Below, piece by piece: positions 43,459 through 51,741 of a DNA stretch of 64,000 nucleotides. This stretch comes from a virus. The notes under the pieces are model-generated. The model was not told the origin of the DNA. It ran no database searches and saw nothing but the letters and a program-made list of their open reading frames with translations. The stretch lies in the IMG/VR virus record IMGVR_UViG_3300045988_121566, positions 8,100 to 72,099 of that record; one strand, 5' to 3'. Position 1 is the first letter of the stretch. Each line of letters opens with the position of its first letter. The position numbers and the translations under genes were made by a program.

Positions 43459-43720
43459 CTCCTTCCTCTACTACTTCGATTGGCTTGATGTCGCTCACAG
43501 AATCGTCTTCAGTGAAAAAAGAAATTTTCATCGTCTCGCTGACGTATGCCATAGCGACTACTTCGTTGAGGCTGTTGCGGATGATGCAGATGTCTCCACG
43601 AACCTCGTTCTGAACCTTTAGGTACTTTACCACTGCATCCTTGACTGCGAGAGGGTTCATGACTCTCGTAATCGTCTCCCCTGACTGGGGGAAGACGAAA
43701 ATAAACTCTTGTTTCTTCAT
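43448..43720 (-). CDS. hypothetical protein (90 aa)
   Basis: ORF track with an ATG start. Overlaps both neighbours by a few nt (coupled). Confidence 0.5.
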   Translation of the reverse strand: MKKQEFIFVFPQSGETITRVMNPLAVKDAVVKYLKVQNEVRGDICIIRNSLNEVVAMAYVSETMKISFFTEDDSVSDIKPIEVVEEGGAS

Positions 43721-44886
43721 GCTGTCTTGATTTTAATTGTGTTGTTATTATTGTTATAGCTCTCGATGAGGGCTGCGCTTGAATTGACAAGTCGGAGCAC
43801 CTCATTATGCTGCTTGCTTATCTTGTTACAGCAGCCGTATGCCTGTATTACTTTCCCGCTTACAAGGTCGAACTCTACGGTCTCAACTCGCTTTCCGTCC
43901 TTGTCACGTACGGAGAAAATCAAAGAGTTCTTTCGATTGTAATACCTACAAGCGAACACGCAATTATGCATTGCCTCTCCCTCCTTGATAAACTCATCAA
44001 CGGATTTCAGCACCTCGCCAGTAAGTTCTCCGTCCGAAAGGAATATGCCGAAGAACTTCTGCTTCTCCTTGACGTATCGATCGTTGTCTTTGAGTGCTTT
44101 CTTCCTGCGCTCCTCATCTTTTGCTCTCTTTTTCTCTGCTTCCACTTTAGCAACATACTTGTCGTGCGCCTGAAGAAGATTGTCTGGGCATACATAGAAT
44201 GGGTTGTGCGTGTCCTTTCCGAGATAGACAAGCGTACTGATATAGTCAACATACATAGATACATCGCTGATGGCATAGCCGTGACGGATAGCAACCTTGT
44301 ATGCTGCCATATAAGGTTCTGTGTCACGCACGTATCTGTGGGCGTAAGCAAACAATGCTGGCGAAGCCTTGAAAAGAGTCTCCTCGAAGGGGTCATTCTT
44401 AGATAGTATCTTGTATATCTCTGCTCTATGCATTTCCTGCTGCGCTGCTTCCATATATGGCTCGCAATACTGGTATGTATCAACGAGAGACTTATTGTAG
44501 CAATAGTCGTAAGGTATGTCGATGCGCTGCGGGCGTATGGTAAGGTCTGATGAGTATGTAAATGCATCAAGACACCAACCCATAGTACGTCTGCGTGAAA
44601 GAGTTGTCTGCCGTGAACCTTTCTTGTTCCAAACCTGCTGCACCTCCCAAAGGGAGTATGATACCTCACGTTTGCGGTTGCGGTGTCGGGTGATGCGGAA
44701 ATACCTCAATACCTGATAGCCTCTGTAGGCTTGATTGATTACTGTGTATGTTCTTTCGTACATATCTTTATAATCGCATGTTCCGTAAGTCTGCTTGATG
44801 AGTTTCTGCTCATCACGACTGCAAATGCTACCCAGCTTTCTGGATAGCTTCACAATCTTCTCCTCGTTCTTGGTTCTTGGTTTCAT
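43717..44886 (-). CDS. PcfJ-like protein
   Basis: The C-terminal EGEAMHNCVFACRYYNRKNSLIFSVRDKDGKRVETVEFDLVSGKVIQAYGCCNK resembles the PcfJ-like domain signature (from memory). Sits downstream of a PcfK-like gene, as in Bacteroidota mobile elements. Confidence 0.5.
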   Translation of the reverse strand: MKPRTKNEEKIVKLSRKLGSICSRDEQKLIKQTYGTCDYKDMYERTYTVINQAYRGYQVLRYFRITRHRNRKREVSYSLWEVQQVWNKKGSRQTTLSRRRTMGWCLDAFTYSSDLTIRPQRIDIPYDYCYNKSLVDTYQYCEPYMEAAQQEMHRAEIYKILSKNDPFEETLFKASPALFAYAHRYVRDTEPYMAAYKVAIRHGYAISDVSMYVDYISTLVYLGKDTHNPFYVCPDNLLQAHDKYVAKVEAEKKRAKDEERRKKALKDNDRYVKEKQKFFGIFLSDGELTGEVLKSVDEFIKEGEAMHNCVFACRYYNRKNSLIFSVRDKDGKRVETVEFDLVSGKVIQAYGCCNKISKQHNEVLRLVNSSAALIESYNNNNNTIKIKTA

Positions 44887-44900
44887 AACTTGAAATGGTT

Positions 44901-45275
44901 TTAGTCGAACATGTTTAACTCGATAAACTTTGCCTTAGACTCTGCTTTCTTTGCCTTTGGTGCTGTTTTCTTCTTAGGCTGTGGCTTGGCTGGTACAGGC
45001 GAAGCCACTGCTGGGGACGAAGCCTTTACTTTTGCTACAACATTACCCTTTGGCTTGCAGTCCTTCTCCTGGTAGTAGTGTACTGCCCAGTTCAATACCT
45101 CGTCATTGTCTATCGCTGCGCAATTATTCTCTGCTTGCTTCTTCGCTTGCTCAAAGATATACTTCACGCATTCGTCCATAGACTTTTCCTTGTCCTCATA
45201 GCGAGCCTTGAAATTCTCGTCCTGTGCAGCCATATCCTTTAACTGCTCTGTAATGTAATCACGTAACTTTACCAT
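44901..45275 (-). CDS. PcfK-like protein
   Basis: 124 aa. ...FKARYEDKEKSMDECVKYIFEQAKKQ...DNDEVLNWAVHYYQEKD followed by a basic Pro/Lys tail resembles PcfK-family proteins (from memory). Confidence 0.45.
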   Translation of the reverse strand: MVKLRDYITEQLKDMAAQDENFKARYEDKEKSMDECVKYIFEQAKKQAENNCAAIDNDEVLNWAVHYYQEKDCKPKGNVVAKVKASSPAVASPVPAKPQPKKKTAPKAKKAESKAKFIELNMFD

Positions 45276-45283
45276 AACTGTGT

Positions 45284-45412
45284 TTAATTGTAAAATTGTT
45301 CAACCTCGTTCTTGCAGTCGAGTGCATACTCCTCTGCTTGTCTCTCTGTCGCTCCGTTGCTTATCGCATACTGGTATGCGTACGCATAGATGTTTGATAA
45401 AATATCTTCCAT
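45284..45412 (-). CDS. hypothetical small protein (42 aa), not in the ORF track
   Basis: Read by eye: MEDILSNIYAYAYQYAISNGATERQAEEYALDCKNEVEQFYN. It fills an otherwise empty 217-nt gap in a co-directional operon. Confidence 0.3.
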   Translation of the reverse strand: MEDILSNIYAYAYQYAISNGATERQAEEYALDCKNEVEQFYN

Positions 45413-45492
45413 ATTATTTGCGTTTTGTCTTTGTGTCTGCCACAAACGTTGCATTGTGGTGTGCTGATTTTACAGACTCAGCCGATAATTTC

Positions 45493-45912
45493 TTAAAATA
45501 CCAAATCATCCGAAAGTACATTCAGGTTGAACATAGCTACAACCTCTCCTTCTGCCTCGTAATTTATCGTAACAACAAGTCTATTGTCATCATCCTCAAA
45601 AATATACTGGAAAGAGTTCCCAATATATATATCCTTGTACTCTTCTTCTGTGATACGAGATAGAATAGTGCCGGCGAATATTCCTTTGTCTGCCTCATTC
45701 TTATTGATGAGTGTAAAGAATACGTTGTTATAGAAGATAGTAGCCTTGACAGCCATATCCTCCACATACCCGAGATATGTGCCTTTTCTTGTTATGCACT
45801 CCTCATTGTCGAAAACTCTCCGTATAATGTCCGACTGGACGTTAGTTTCGTCTATAGGTGCTGAAATCAGTGTGTATTCAGCAATGTGCTTGTCTTTTTG
45901 TATAGCTTTCAT
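45493..45912 (-). CDS. hypothetical protein (139 aa)
   Basis: ORF track with an ATG start. Confidence 0.5.
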   Translation of the reverse strand: MKAIQKDKHIAEYTLISAPIDETNVQSDIIRRVFDNEECITRKGTYLGYVEDMAVKATIFYNNVFFTLINKNEADKGIFAGTILSRITEEEYKDIYIGNSFQYIFEDDDNRLVVTINYEAEGEVVAMFNLNVLSDDLVF

Positions 45913-46074
45913 AATTGTTATTTCTTTATTCTCTGCAAGCAGGTTGATTTGCTCACTTGTGTTCCGTTGATTAAATAATATCTCTCTGAATTCGGTGTTC
46001 TTATCTGAACAAAGGTTGTGCGTGCGACATATCTCACGTTGTTCTTGTCTGAATATCCCGCTCCCTTGAAAAAC

Positions 46075-46401
46075 TTAGTTATTATTGCCATGTTCCTTGT
46101 TTTTGTCGTTGTGATATACTATTTCGTCTATCTTATACTGCTCATCGAAGTCTGTCACATCATAGAAGCACGACTGCTCTACATAGTAGGCAGCCATGTT
46201 CCTGAGGTCGTGGAGGCTTGATTTCTTGTAGTCCTTGTTTGGATCAATCTGCTCAAGCCCATTGTTCTTCTGACAATACTCAATGAAATCAATAAGCAAA
46301 CGTCTGTCTGCTTCCTTGCGTGCGCTGTTGTATGCGCTTGCAAGTATTGGCATTGCAGCAATGGCTGCAACTACCAACAAATGGTTGATGTACTTCTTCA
46401 T
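46075..46401 (-). CDS. hypothetical secreted protein (108 aa)
   Basis: N-terminal signal peptide MKKYINHLLVVAAIAAMPILASA. Confidence 0.5.
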   Translation of the reverse strand: MKKYINHLLVVAAIAAMPILASAYNSARKEADRRLLIDFIEYCQKNNGLEQIDPNKDYKKSSLHDLRNMAAYYVEQSCFYDVTDFDEQYKIDEIVYHNDKNKEHGNNN

Positions 46402-46923
46402 AATCTTATCTGTTTATTCCTTAAAATTGTCGTTGTTTCTTCCAGCGGCTACGCCAAGCGCATAGAATACTACCGCTGTTATTGCGAAAAATGTAATGTC
46501 CATAGCTTTGTCCTTTCTTTTTATCGTTATACGTTTGTAGTCGTTGCGGTCGTGAGCCGCTGGAAGCCTTTTGGATTGCTTCTACGCCTTTTATTGTGCG
46601 GAGGTGTACGTTTCCGCTGCCCTACCTTTTTTGTCCGCTTATGCACGGCTCGTTGCACTTAACGTTGTTGCTCAACGTGCTTCCTTGTTTCGTTTCGATT
46701 GCACTCGAAATGCTCTTTTTTCAACTTAGCGATGTTGGCGGATGCCGCTCTATCTGCGCTTTTTTATGTTGTGTTGTCAACATCACAAGTAACGCCCAAT
46801 GTGCTGCGGATTTTAAAGACTGAAATCTGTCTGCCTTTCTTGACTAACGTTTTTATTAGTGTGTGTCTGTTTATCAAGATAGAGCTAAATAAGCCATCGT
46901 CACACGAATGATTAATCGTTCGG

Positions 46924-46944
46924 CAGGTGGTCTTGAACCACCTG
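46924..46944 (-). terminator. hairpin just downstream of the 46976 gene stop (possible terminator)
   Basis: CAGGTGG-TCTTGAA-CCACCTG is a perfect 7-bp stem. There is no U-tract. Confidence 0.3.
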
Positions 46945-46975
46945 TGAGCCTCTATACTCTTGCCGATATAGACTG

Positions 46976-47221
46976 TTATCTCTTACCAAAGTAGAAGATT
47001 CTCACAAACTGGTAAAGTTGCTTTTTGTCACATAGGTGGTACAAGTCTTCCAGTATGAAATCTTTGCACTCTTTGTTGCCTTCTCTGAAGGTGCTTTGCA
47101 TTTCGGCTGGTGTCATACATCCGCATTCAAGCCAGTAAATGAACATAGCTCCCAAACTCTCGTATAGTCCGCTCTCATCGTAGAACTTCTTTTGCTGCTC
47201 GTAAGTCTTGTTCTTTCTCAT
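46976..47221 (-). CDS. hypothetical protein (81 aa)
   Basis: ORF track with an ATG start. Confidence 0.5.
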   Translation of the reverse strand: MRKNKTYEQQKKFYDESGLYESLGAMFIYWLECGCMTPAEMQSTFREGNKECKDFILEDLYHLCDKKQLYQFVRIFYFGKR

Positions 47222-47269
47222 AGTCTTATTTGTTTAATCGTTTATTTTTTGTTCCACATTCAGCAAGGG

Positions 47270-47304
47270 GAGGGCGCAGCCCTCCCTTATCTCTCAAAGG
47301 TTTT
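47270..47304. repeat. GC-hairpin element, copy A (GAGGGCGCAGCCC...CTTATCTCTCAAAGGTTTT)
   Basis: Contains the perfect hairpin GGGAGGGC-GCA-GCCCTCCC (47268-47286). It shares a 13-mer and a 17/19-identical 19-mer with 49745-49789. Confidence 0.6.
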
Positions 47305-47638
47305 ATTTCACCTCCTTATAGTAGCAATTAACCTCTAACCCCAAGTACTTAGTAAATATGGTTAAGGCTTTCTTAGCACTTGGATAGTAAAGGTTAAGAA
47401 TAACCTTAACTTCTCCTCTATCAGCCTCAAACATATTCTTTCCGTAATCTTTTATCAAATTCTTTACATGTTTAATATCAGTGAAGAATGCGTAAAGACC
47501 TCTTGAATGAGAACCATTTTGTTCGATATAATCGTAAGTGAATGCGGCTAAAACATTTCCGTCCCAAATGTCGAGTTTCTTTTCTTTACCTTTTTGGGAG
47601 AATGTTATCTCACCGATTTTAGAATTAAGTGTAAGCAT
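47303..47638 (-). CDS. hypothetical protein (111 aa)
   Basis: ORF track with an ATG start. Confidence 0.5.
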   Translation of the reverse strand: MLTLNSKIGEITFSQKGKEKKLDIWDGNVLAAFTYDYIEQNGSHSRGLYAFFTDIKHVKNLIKDYGKNMFEADRGEVKVILNLYYPSAKKALTIFTKYLGLEVNCYYKEVK

Positions 47639-47661
47639 AGTTTTTATAGTTTAATGATTTA

Positions 47662-47793
47662 TTACTCTTTCCACCAGTCGGAAACATCGCTTCTCTTAAG
47701 GTTGCGCATTTCCAAAAACTCTTTTAGGGTGCTGCAATAAGTATTCATTGAATAGCAGTCTCCCTTTAAAATTACATGAACTTCCTTTGCCAT
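47662..47793 (-). CDS. hypothetical small protein (43 aa), not in the ORF track
   Basis: Read by eye: MAKEVHVILKGDCYSMNTYCSTLKEFLEMRNLKRSDVSDWWKE. It fills a gap between co-directional genes. Confidence 0.3.
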   Translation of the reverse strand: MAKEVHVILKGDCYSMNTYCSTLKEFLEMRNLKRSDVSDWWKE

Positions 47794-47836
47794 AGTCTCA
47801 TATTTTTGAATTAATAGAAATCATATCTTTATCCTA

Positions 47837-48076
47837 TCAAATGTATATATCCAATACTTTTTCTAACTTTGTGCGGTCGCATCCAGGAAACCAACTGCAA
47901 ATGGTTTCAAGTGACCACATATAAGGGTTTGTGCCATCGTTGAACAATATGAAGAACAATTCAGCATATCTGCCAAATGGGCGTTTGATGTTGTGTGCTT
48001 TATAATAGTTCATGTTACTATTATAAATGCTTAATAGTTCTTCCTTTGTCAATTTTCTGTAATCAATCGGTTCCAT
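47837..48076 (-). CDS. hypothetical protein (79 aa)
   Basis: ORF track with an ATG start. Confidence 0.5.
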   Translation of the reverse strand: MEPIDYRKLTKEELLSIYNSNMNYYKAHNIKRPFGRYAELFFILFNDGTNPYMWSLETICSWFPGCDRTKLEKVLDIYI

Positions 48077-48092
48077 GTTTTATCCAATTAAA

Positions 48093-48392
48093 TTATTTAC
48101 TCATTTTTTCTATAATTCTATCAAGTGAACGTTTCTCGCTTGGTTCAAGTTGGCAAAGAAAACTTCCATTATCATGGTAAAGTGTACCACCAAATAGGTT
48201 GTCCTTTTCCAAGCATTTGTTCACTCGGTCAAGTACGTAATATAATACCTGTGCCTGTTTGTCTGTCAATTCGATTTTCATGTTGTTACGATGTTTGCTC
48301 CACTCTGCATTGAAGGGCTTGTGACCTACACATATATAAAAATGTACATACGTGGCTGCATTACGGCAACTATCGGGTGACATCTCTGCCAT
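48093..48392 (-). CDS. hypothetical protein (99 aa, or 62 aa from the ATG at 48281)
   Basis: ORF track. The shorter form MKIELTDKQAQVLYYVL... looks more protein-like. Confidence 0.45.
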   Translation of the reverse strand: MAEMSPDSCRNAATYVHFYICVGHKPFNAEWSKHRNNMKIELTDKQAQVLYYVLDRVNKCLEKDNLFGGTLYHDNGSFLCQLEPSEKRSLDRIIEKMSK

Positions 48393-48467
48393 GCTCCCTC
48401 CGCTCGGCTAATCGTAACTACGGGCTTTGCGTTCTTCGGTGAACCAGTGTAATACTGATTTCGATTG

Positions 48468-48475
48468 CAAAGATA
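48468..48475 (-). promoter_or_regulatory. -7 promoter box (TATCTTTG on the minus strand) for the 48.4-42.9 kb leftward operon
   Basis: The + strand CAAAGATA, in the divergent intergenic region. Confidence 0.4.
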
Positions 48476-48582
48476 AAGCAAAACTTTATTTAATCCAAAT
48501 ATTAAAGAAAGAAATACTTTATTTTTAATACTTATTAGTATAGTTCTTCTGAATTTTTACAGAAATTAAATATAGATATGCT

Positions 48583-48590
48583 TATTTTTG
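48583..48590 (+). promoter_or_regulatory. -7 promoter box (TATTTTTG) for the XRE gene
   Basis: TAnnTTTG match 39 nt upstream of the 48629 ATG. Confidence 0.4.
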
Positions 48591-48628
48591 TATAACTTTG
48601 TACCCGAAAATAAAGTAACGTTTGAATT

Positions 48629-48955
48629 ATGGTTAAGATATACTTAAAGGAAATATTAAAGAAGAAGGGCAAGACTTCAAAGGAGTTTGCTGAAGAGATG
48701 GGTGTAACCGCTGCGGCTATTAGCAATATTGTGACTGGTCGAAATTATCCTACGTATGATTTGTTAGAGAAGATGGCGGACAAACTAAATGTTAAGATGT
48801 CGACACTTTTAGGCGAAGAGCCTTTGATGGTTGTTGATACCTCAAGTGAGTTTGCGGCATTCGTGAGATATAAGGGTATTCATTATACTGCCGATACCCT
48901 TGAAGAGTTTTTTCTGCAAGTAGATGAATTAAGAGCGATAACAAGATGGAAGTAG
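48629..48955 (+). CDS. XRE-family helix-turn-helix transcriptional regulator
   Basis: LKKKGKTSKEFAEEMGVTAAAISNIVTGRNYPTYDLLEKMADKLNVKMSTLLG is a classic HTH_3 pattern. Confidence 0.75.
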   Translation: MVKIYLKEILKKKGKTSKEFAEEMGVTAAAISNIVTGRNYPTYDLLEKMADKLNVKMSTLLGEEPLMVVDTSSEFAAFVRYKGIHYTADTLEEFFLQVDELRAITRWK

Positions 48956-49701
48956 AAACATTTCAAAGTAAGGATGGTTATGCGGTTCGTATAGTTGGCG
49001 AAACAAATAACGTATATTATCTCTATTGCAAAGAAGAGGGAGCTATGATGTCTGCTCCTAAAAGTAGAGTAAACGAGACTTACCTTAGGGTTTGCAATAT
49101 AGGTTATATTGATTGCAATAATGTTAGCGAGTTTAAAGAAATAAAGAAAAGTGTAGCTTATAAAATATGGCATGGTATTTTATTGAGAATTGGAAAGAGG
49201 AATTATAAAGATGTAAAACTATCGCCTGAATGGCATTATTTCTCGTTCTTTAAAAAGTTCCACGAAGCAAACTATCATGAAGGATTCGTGATAGATAAAG
49301 ACCTACTATCTGGGAGATACGGAAAGATATATTCCGCTTATACTTGTAGTTATATTCCGCAATCTCTTAATAGTATAATAAGAGAGCGATCAAAAGAGTT
49401 TAAACCGTTCAAAAAGGACGACGAAGGCTATTATTTTTTTTATTATAATATTGGAGGGTATTGTAAGCCTCATATCATCAGAGCAAAAACAATAGAGGAA
49501 ATTTGCGAGAAGTACTCTATATATAGATGCACAAGAGTGCTGTCTGTATATAGTGAATACTGGAAATACCTCAGTGATAATGTAAGAAAAGCGCTTATAG
49601 TTCTATATGATTATAAAAACTATTATGATAGAATATATTCTTTGTGTGTCGGAGATACATACGTTGTCTGCAAGCAAATAGATGAGAACAAATTATGGTA
49701 G
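48946..49701 (+). CDS. hypothetical protein (251 aa) translationally coupled to the XRE regulator
   Basis: The start overlaps the XRE stop by 10 nt. Visibly AT-rich codon usage. No firm motif. Confidence 0.55.
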   Translation: MEVETFQSKDGYAVRIVGETNNVYYLYCKEEGAMMSAPKSRVNETYLRVCNIGYIDCNNVSEFKEIKKSVAYKIWHGILLRIGKRNYKDVKLSPEWHYFSFFKKFHEANYHEGFVIDKDLLSGRYGKIYSAYTCSYIPQSLNSIIRERSKEFKPFKKDDEGYYFFYYNIGGYCKPHIIRAKTIEEICEKYSIYRCTRVLSVYSEYWKYLSDNVRKALIVLYDYKNYYDRIYSLCVGDTYVVCKQIDENKLW

Positions 49702-49744
49702 TGGTAATATCCAAGTAATGGGCGCAGCACCACAGCAGGGACGT

Positions 49745-49789
49745 GAGGGCGCAGCCCCGCCCCACGTTGCCTTATCTCCCAAAGGTATT
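49745..49789. repeat. GC-hairpin element, copy B (GAGGGCGCAGCCC...CTTATCTCCCAAAGGTATT)
   Basis: Same 13-mer and 19-mer as copy A, with a 13-nt GC-rich spacer. An extra GGGCGCAGC lies at 49720-49728. Confidence 0.6.
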
Positions 49790-50434
49790 CTTCTCTCCAT
49801 TCCTCATCATATACAGATAACCAGGATAGAAAAACACAAACAGAGAATACAGAGGGAAGGAAAGGAAAGAGGAGGAAAGGAAACAGGAAAACAGCATAAA
49901 AACACCTTCTAAAAGCCTTAATCCTATTTTGCGATAAATTCTGCGCAAACTTGAAGAACAAGCCTGGAAAGCAAGAAAATGGCTCTAAAATGACAAGAAA
50001 ACGCCCTTAAACGCCTCATAATTAGCGAATTTGACGAAAAACACGACCAATTACCCGAATATGCTGAAAATACGAGAGTTTTGGTTTGAATGATAGCTGT
50101 ATTACGTGATGAGATAGTATTTTTCATCATTCCTTGCGTGCGTGCGTACCTATTAATGCGACATGATTTTTTGGGCAAAAATTCTCTATGATAGAGAAAA
50201 GTAAAATATCGTTACATAAAAGTTGTGTTCACTCTCTGGAGGAGGTGAAACTAAAGTGCTGATAATGAGGTGTATAAGTTTTTGGTGTAAAAGTGCAAAA
50301 TGTTTACAAAGATAGACGTTTTGAGGGGTATTTTGATGGGCAAAGCCATGATTTGGGCCCCGACAAAAGGACTTGTGGGAGGAGGGTGGGAAATGTGTAG
50401 GGCTACAATGGAAAAAATGTGGGTCAAATATATA

Positions 50435-50442
50435 TATATTTG
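50435..50442 (+). promoter_or_regulatory. -7 promoter box (TATATTTG) for the 50.5-64 kb rightward operon
   Basis: TAnnTTTG match 38 nt upstream of the ATG at 50480. Confidence 0.4.
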
Positions 50443-50479
50443 CCGACAAAAATACATTGGTAAATTAATAATTGCAATT

Positions 50480-51199
50480 ATGATAGAAATCTTGACGAAA
50501 ATTCCAAAGAATTTAGGCGCTGCATCTCCAGTTCTCGGTGTTCGATGTGAATGGATAGCCACTGCGGCATTGTTGGCTGGCGGTGTTGCTTCTTCTATTT
50601 TCGGTGGCGCAAAGGCACGTAGGGAGGCAAAAAGGGCGGAGAGAGAGCGTAAGTACAGGGCAGCGGCAGAAAAGGCATGGTATGACAAGGAGTACAATAC
50701 CGACTACATCGACACAAAAGCTGGCCAAAACCTGATGAGGCGTGCGCAAGAGGTTCAGGACAGCTACGTCCGAAAGGCTGATGGTGCTGCTGCTGTTGGC
50801 GGTGGTACTGCTGCGGCTACAGCAATGGCGAAAGAAGCGGCTAACAAGACTATGGGTGACACGATAGCCAACATCGGGGCGAAAGACACTGCACGGAAGC
50901 AGCAAGTGGCTGATGCGCACTTCCAACACCAAATAGGACAGTCTCAGGAACGTGAGCAAGCCGCCATGCAGACCGCACAGAATACCAGTGAGGCGGCTCA
51001 GAATATGAGCAATGCTCTGTTCAAGGCGGGTGTGACCCAGTTGGGTTCAGAACCTAAAGTGTCTAAGTCGCTGAATGACAGGCTACAATCAAGTGACATG
51101 GGTAGTCGTGATAACACTGGTATAACATCTGCACTCGGAGAAAGTGCGGATGCAAGGCTTAAGAAGGTCACAGAGGGCGTTGATGGGCTGTTTGGATAG
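50480..51199 (+). CDS. hypothetical virion-type protein (239 aa, Ala/Gln-rich, one N-terminal TM segment)
   Basis: Track ORF (from 50300) trimmed to the ATG at 50480, downstream of the promoter box. WIATAALLAGGVASSIFGG is TM-like. The remainder is low-complexity and helical. Confidence 0.5.
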   Translation: MIEILTKIPKNLGAASPVLGVRCEWIATAALLAGGVASSIFGGAKARREAKRAERERKYRAAAEKAWYDKEYNTDYIDTKAGQNLMRRAQEVQDSYVRKADGAAAVGGGTAAATAMAKEAANKTMGDTIANIGAKDTARKQQVADAHFQHQIGQSQEREQAAMQTAQNTSEAAQNMSNALFKAGVTQLGSEPKVSKSLNDRLQSSDMGSRDNTGITSALGESADARLKKVTEGVDGLFG

Positions 51200-51432
51200 G
51201 CTTGATGCTTCGGTGGGAGCAGGAGACAAAGACGAGAGGTTATCGAGAGGAACGAGTGCCAAGAACATGGAGCAGGATGCGTACACAACCAAACCCAAAG
51301 GGGCACCCCCGTTGACCACCGTTTCAAACTATAGTAGATAAATACAAATATAAAAATGCGACCCACCACCCCCCATCTCCTTTTTATTTCGGTTTTCCGA
51401 TTTTCCACACCCTTATTTTTCTGGAAGTGTTA

Positions 51433-51738
51433 ATGAAGTTAAACTTAAAGATTATGAATATATTTCAGAGATTTATAAAGCGAATTGGCGGAGAAGACAA
51501 GGTATTGCACTTTGAAACTTGCTGCCTGATCACGATGGTTGTTGCTCTTTTGAATATGAACGTGCTCGGTCTGGGTACTACAGCTTCGGAAGTATCAGCC
51601 TGTATGATTTCGGTTATTGCCGGCATATCGAAGGAGGTATACGACTATAACACATACTGCTTGTTTGACAACAAGGATATAATAGCAGATGTATTTGGCG
51701 CATTTGCTGGTTTTTTAATCATTATTTTAATTGGATAG
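51433..51738 (+). CDS. hypothetical small membrane protein
   Basis: Three hydrophobic segments. The track start at 51427 is a GTG; ATGs at 51433 or 51454 are possible. Confidence 0.45.
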   Translation: MKLNLKIMNIFQRFIKRIGGEDKVLHFETCCLITMVVALLNMNVLGLGTTASEVSACMISVIAGISKEVYDYNTYCLFDNKDIIADVFGAFAGFLIIILIG

Positions 51739-51741
51739 ATT

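Noticed and set aside
44007-44669. A 220-aa minus-strand ORF.
   Set aside because: It is an alternative frame inside the PcfJ-like gene with an Arg/Ser/Thr-rich junk composition. The same applies to 8328-8819 inside the capsid gene.
46912-46968. A T-arm-like hairpin (GGTGG-TTCAAGA-CCACC on the minus strand) with partial acceptor pairing.
   Set aside because: It is too short (~56 nt) and has no D or anticodon arm. It lies directly after a gene stop, so a terminator-type hairpin is the simpler reading.
49623-50697. Track ORFs in the long intergenic region (49623-49961, 49682-49912, 49924-50178, 50186-50449, 50251-50697, and the first 60 codons of 50300-51199).
   Set aside because: Their translations are dominated by the polypurine tract or AT-rich junk and they overlap one another on both strands. 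A promoter box at 50435 and the ATG at 50480 give a cleaner model.
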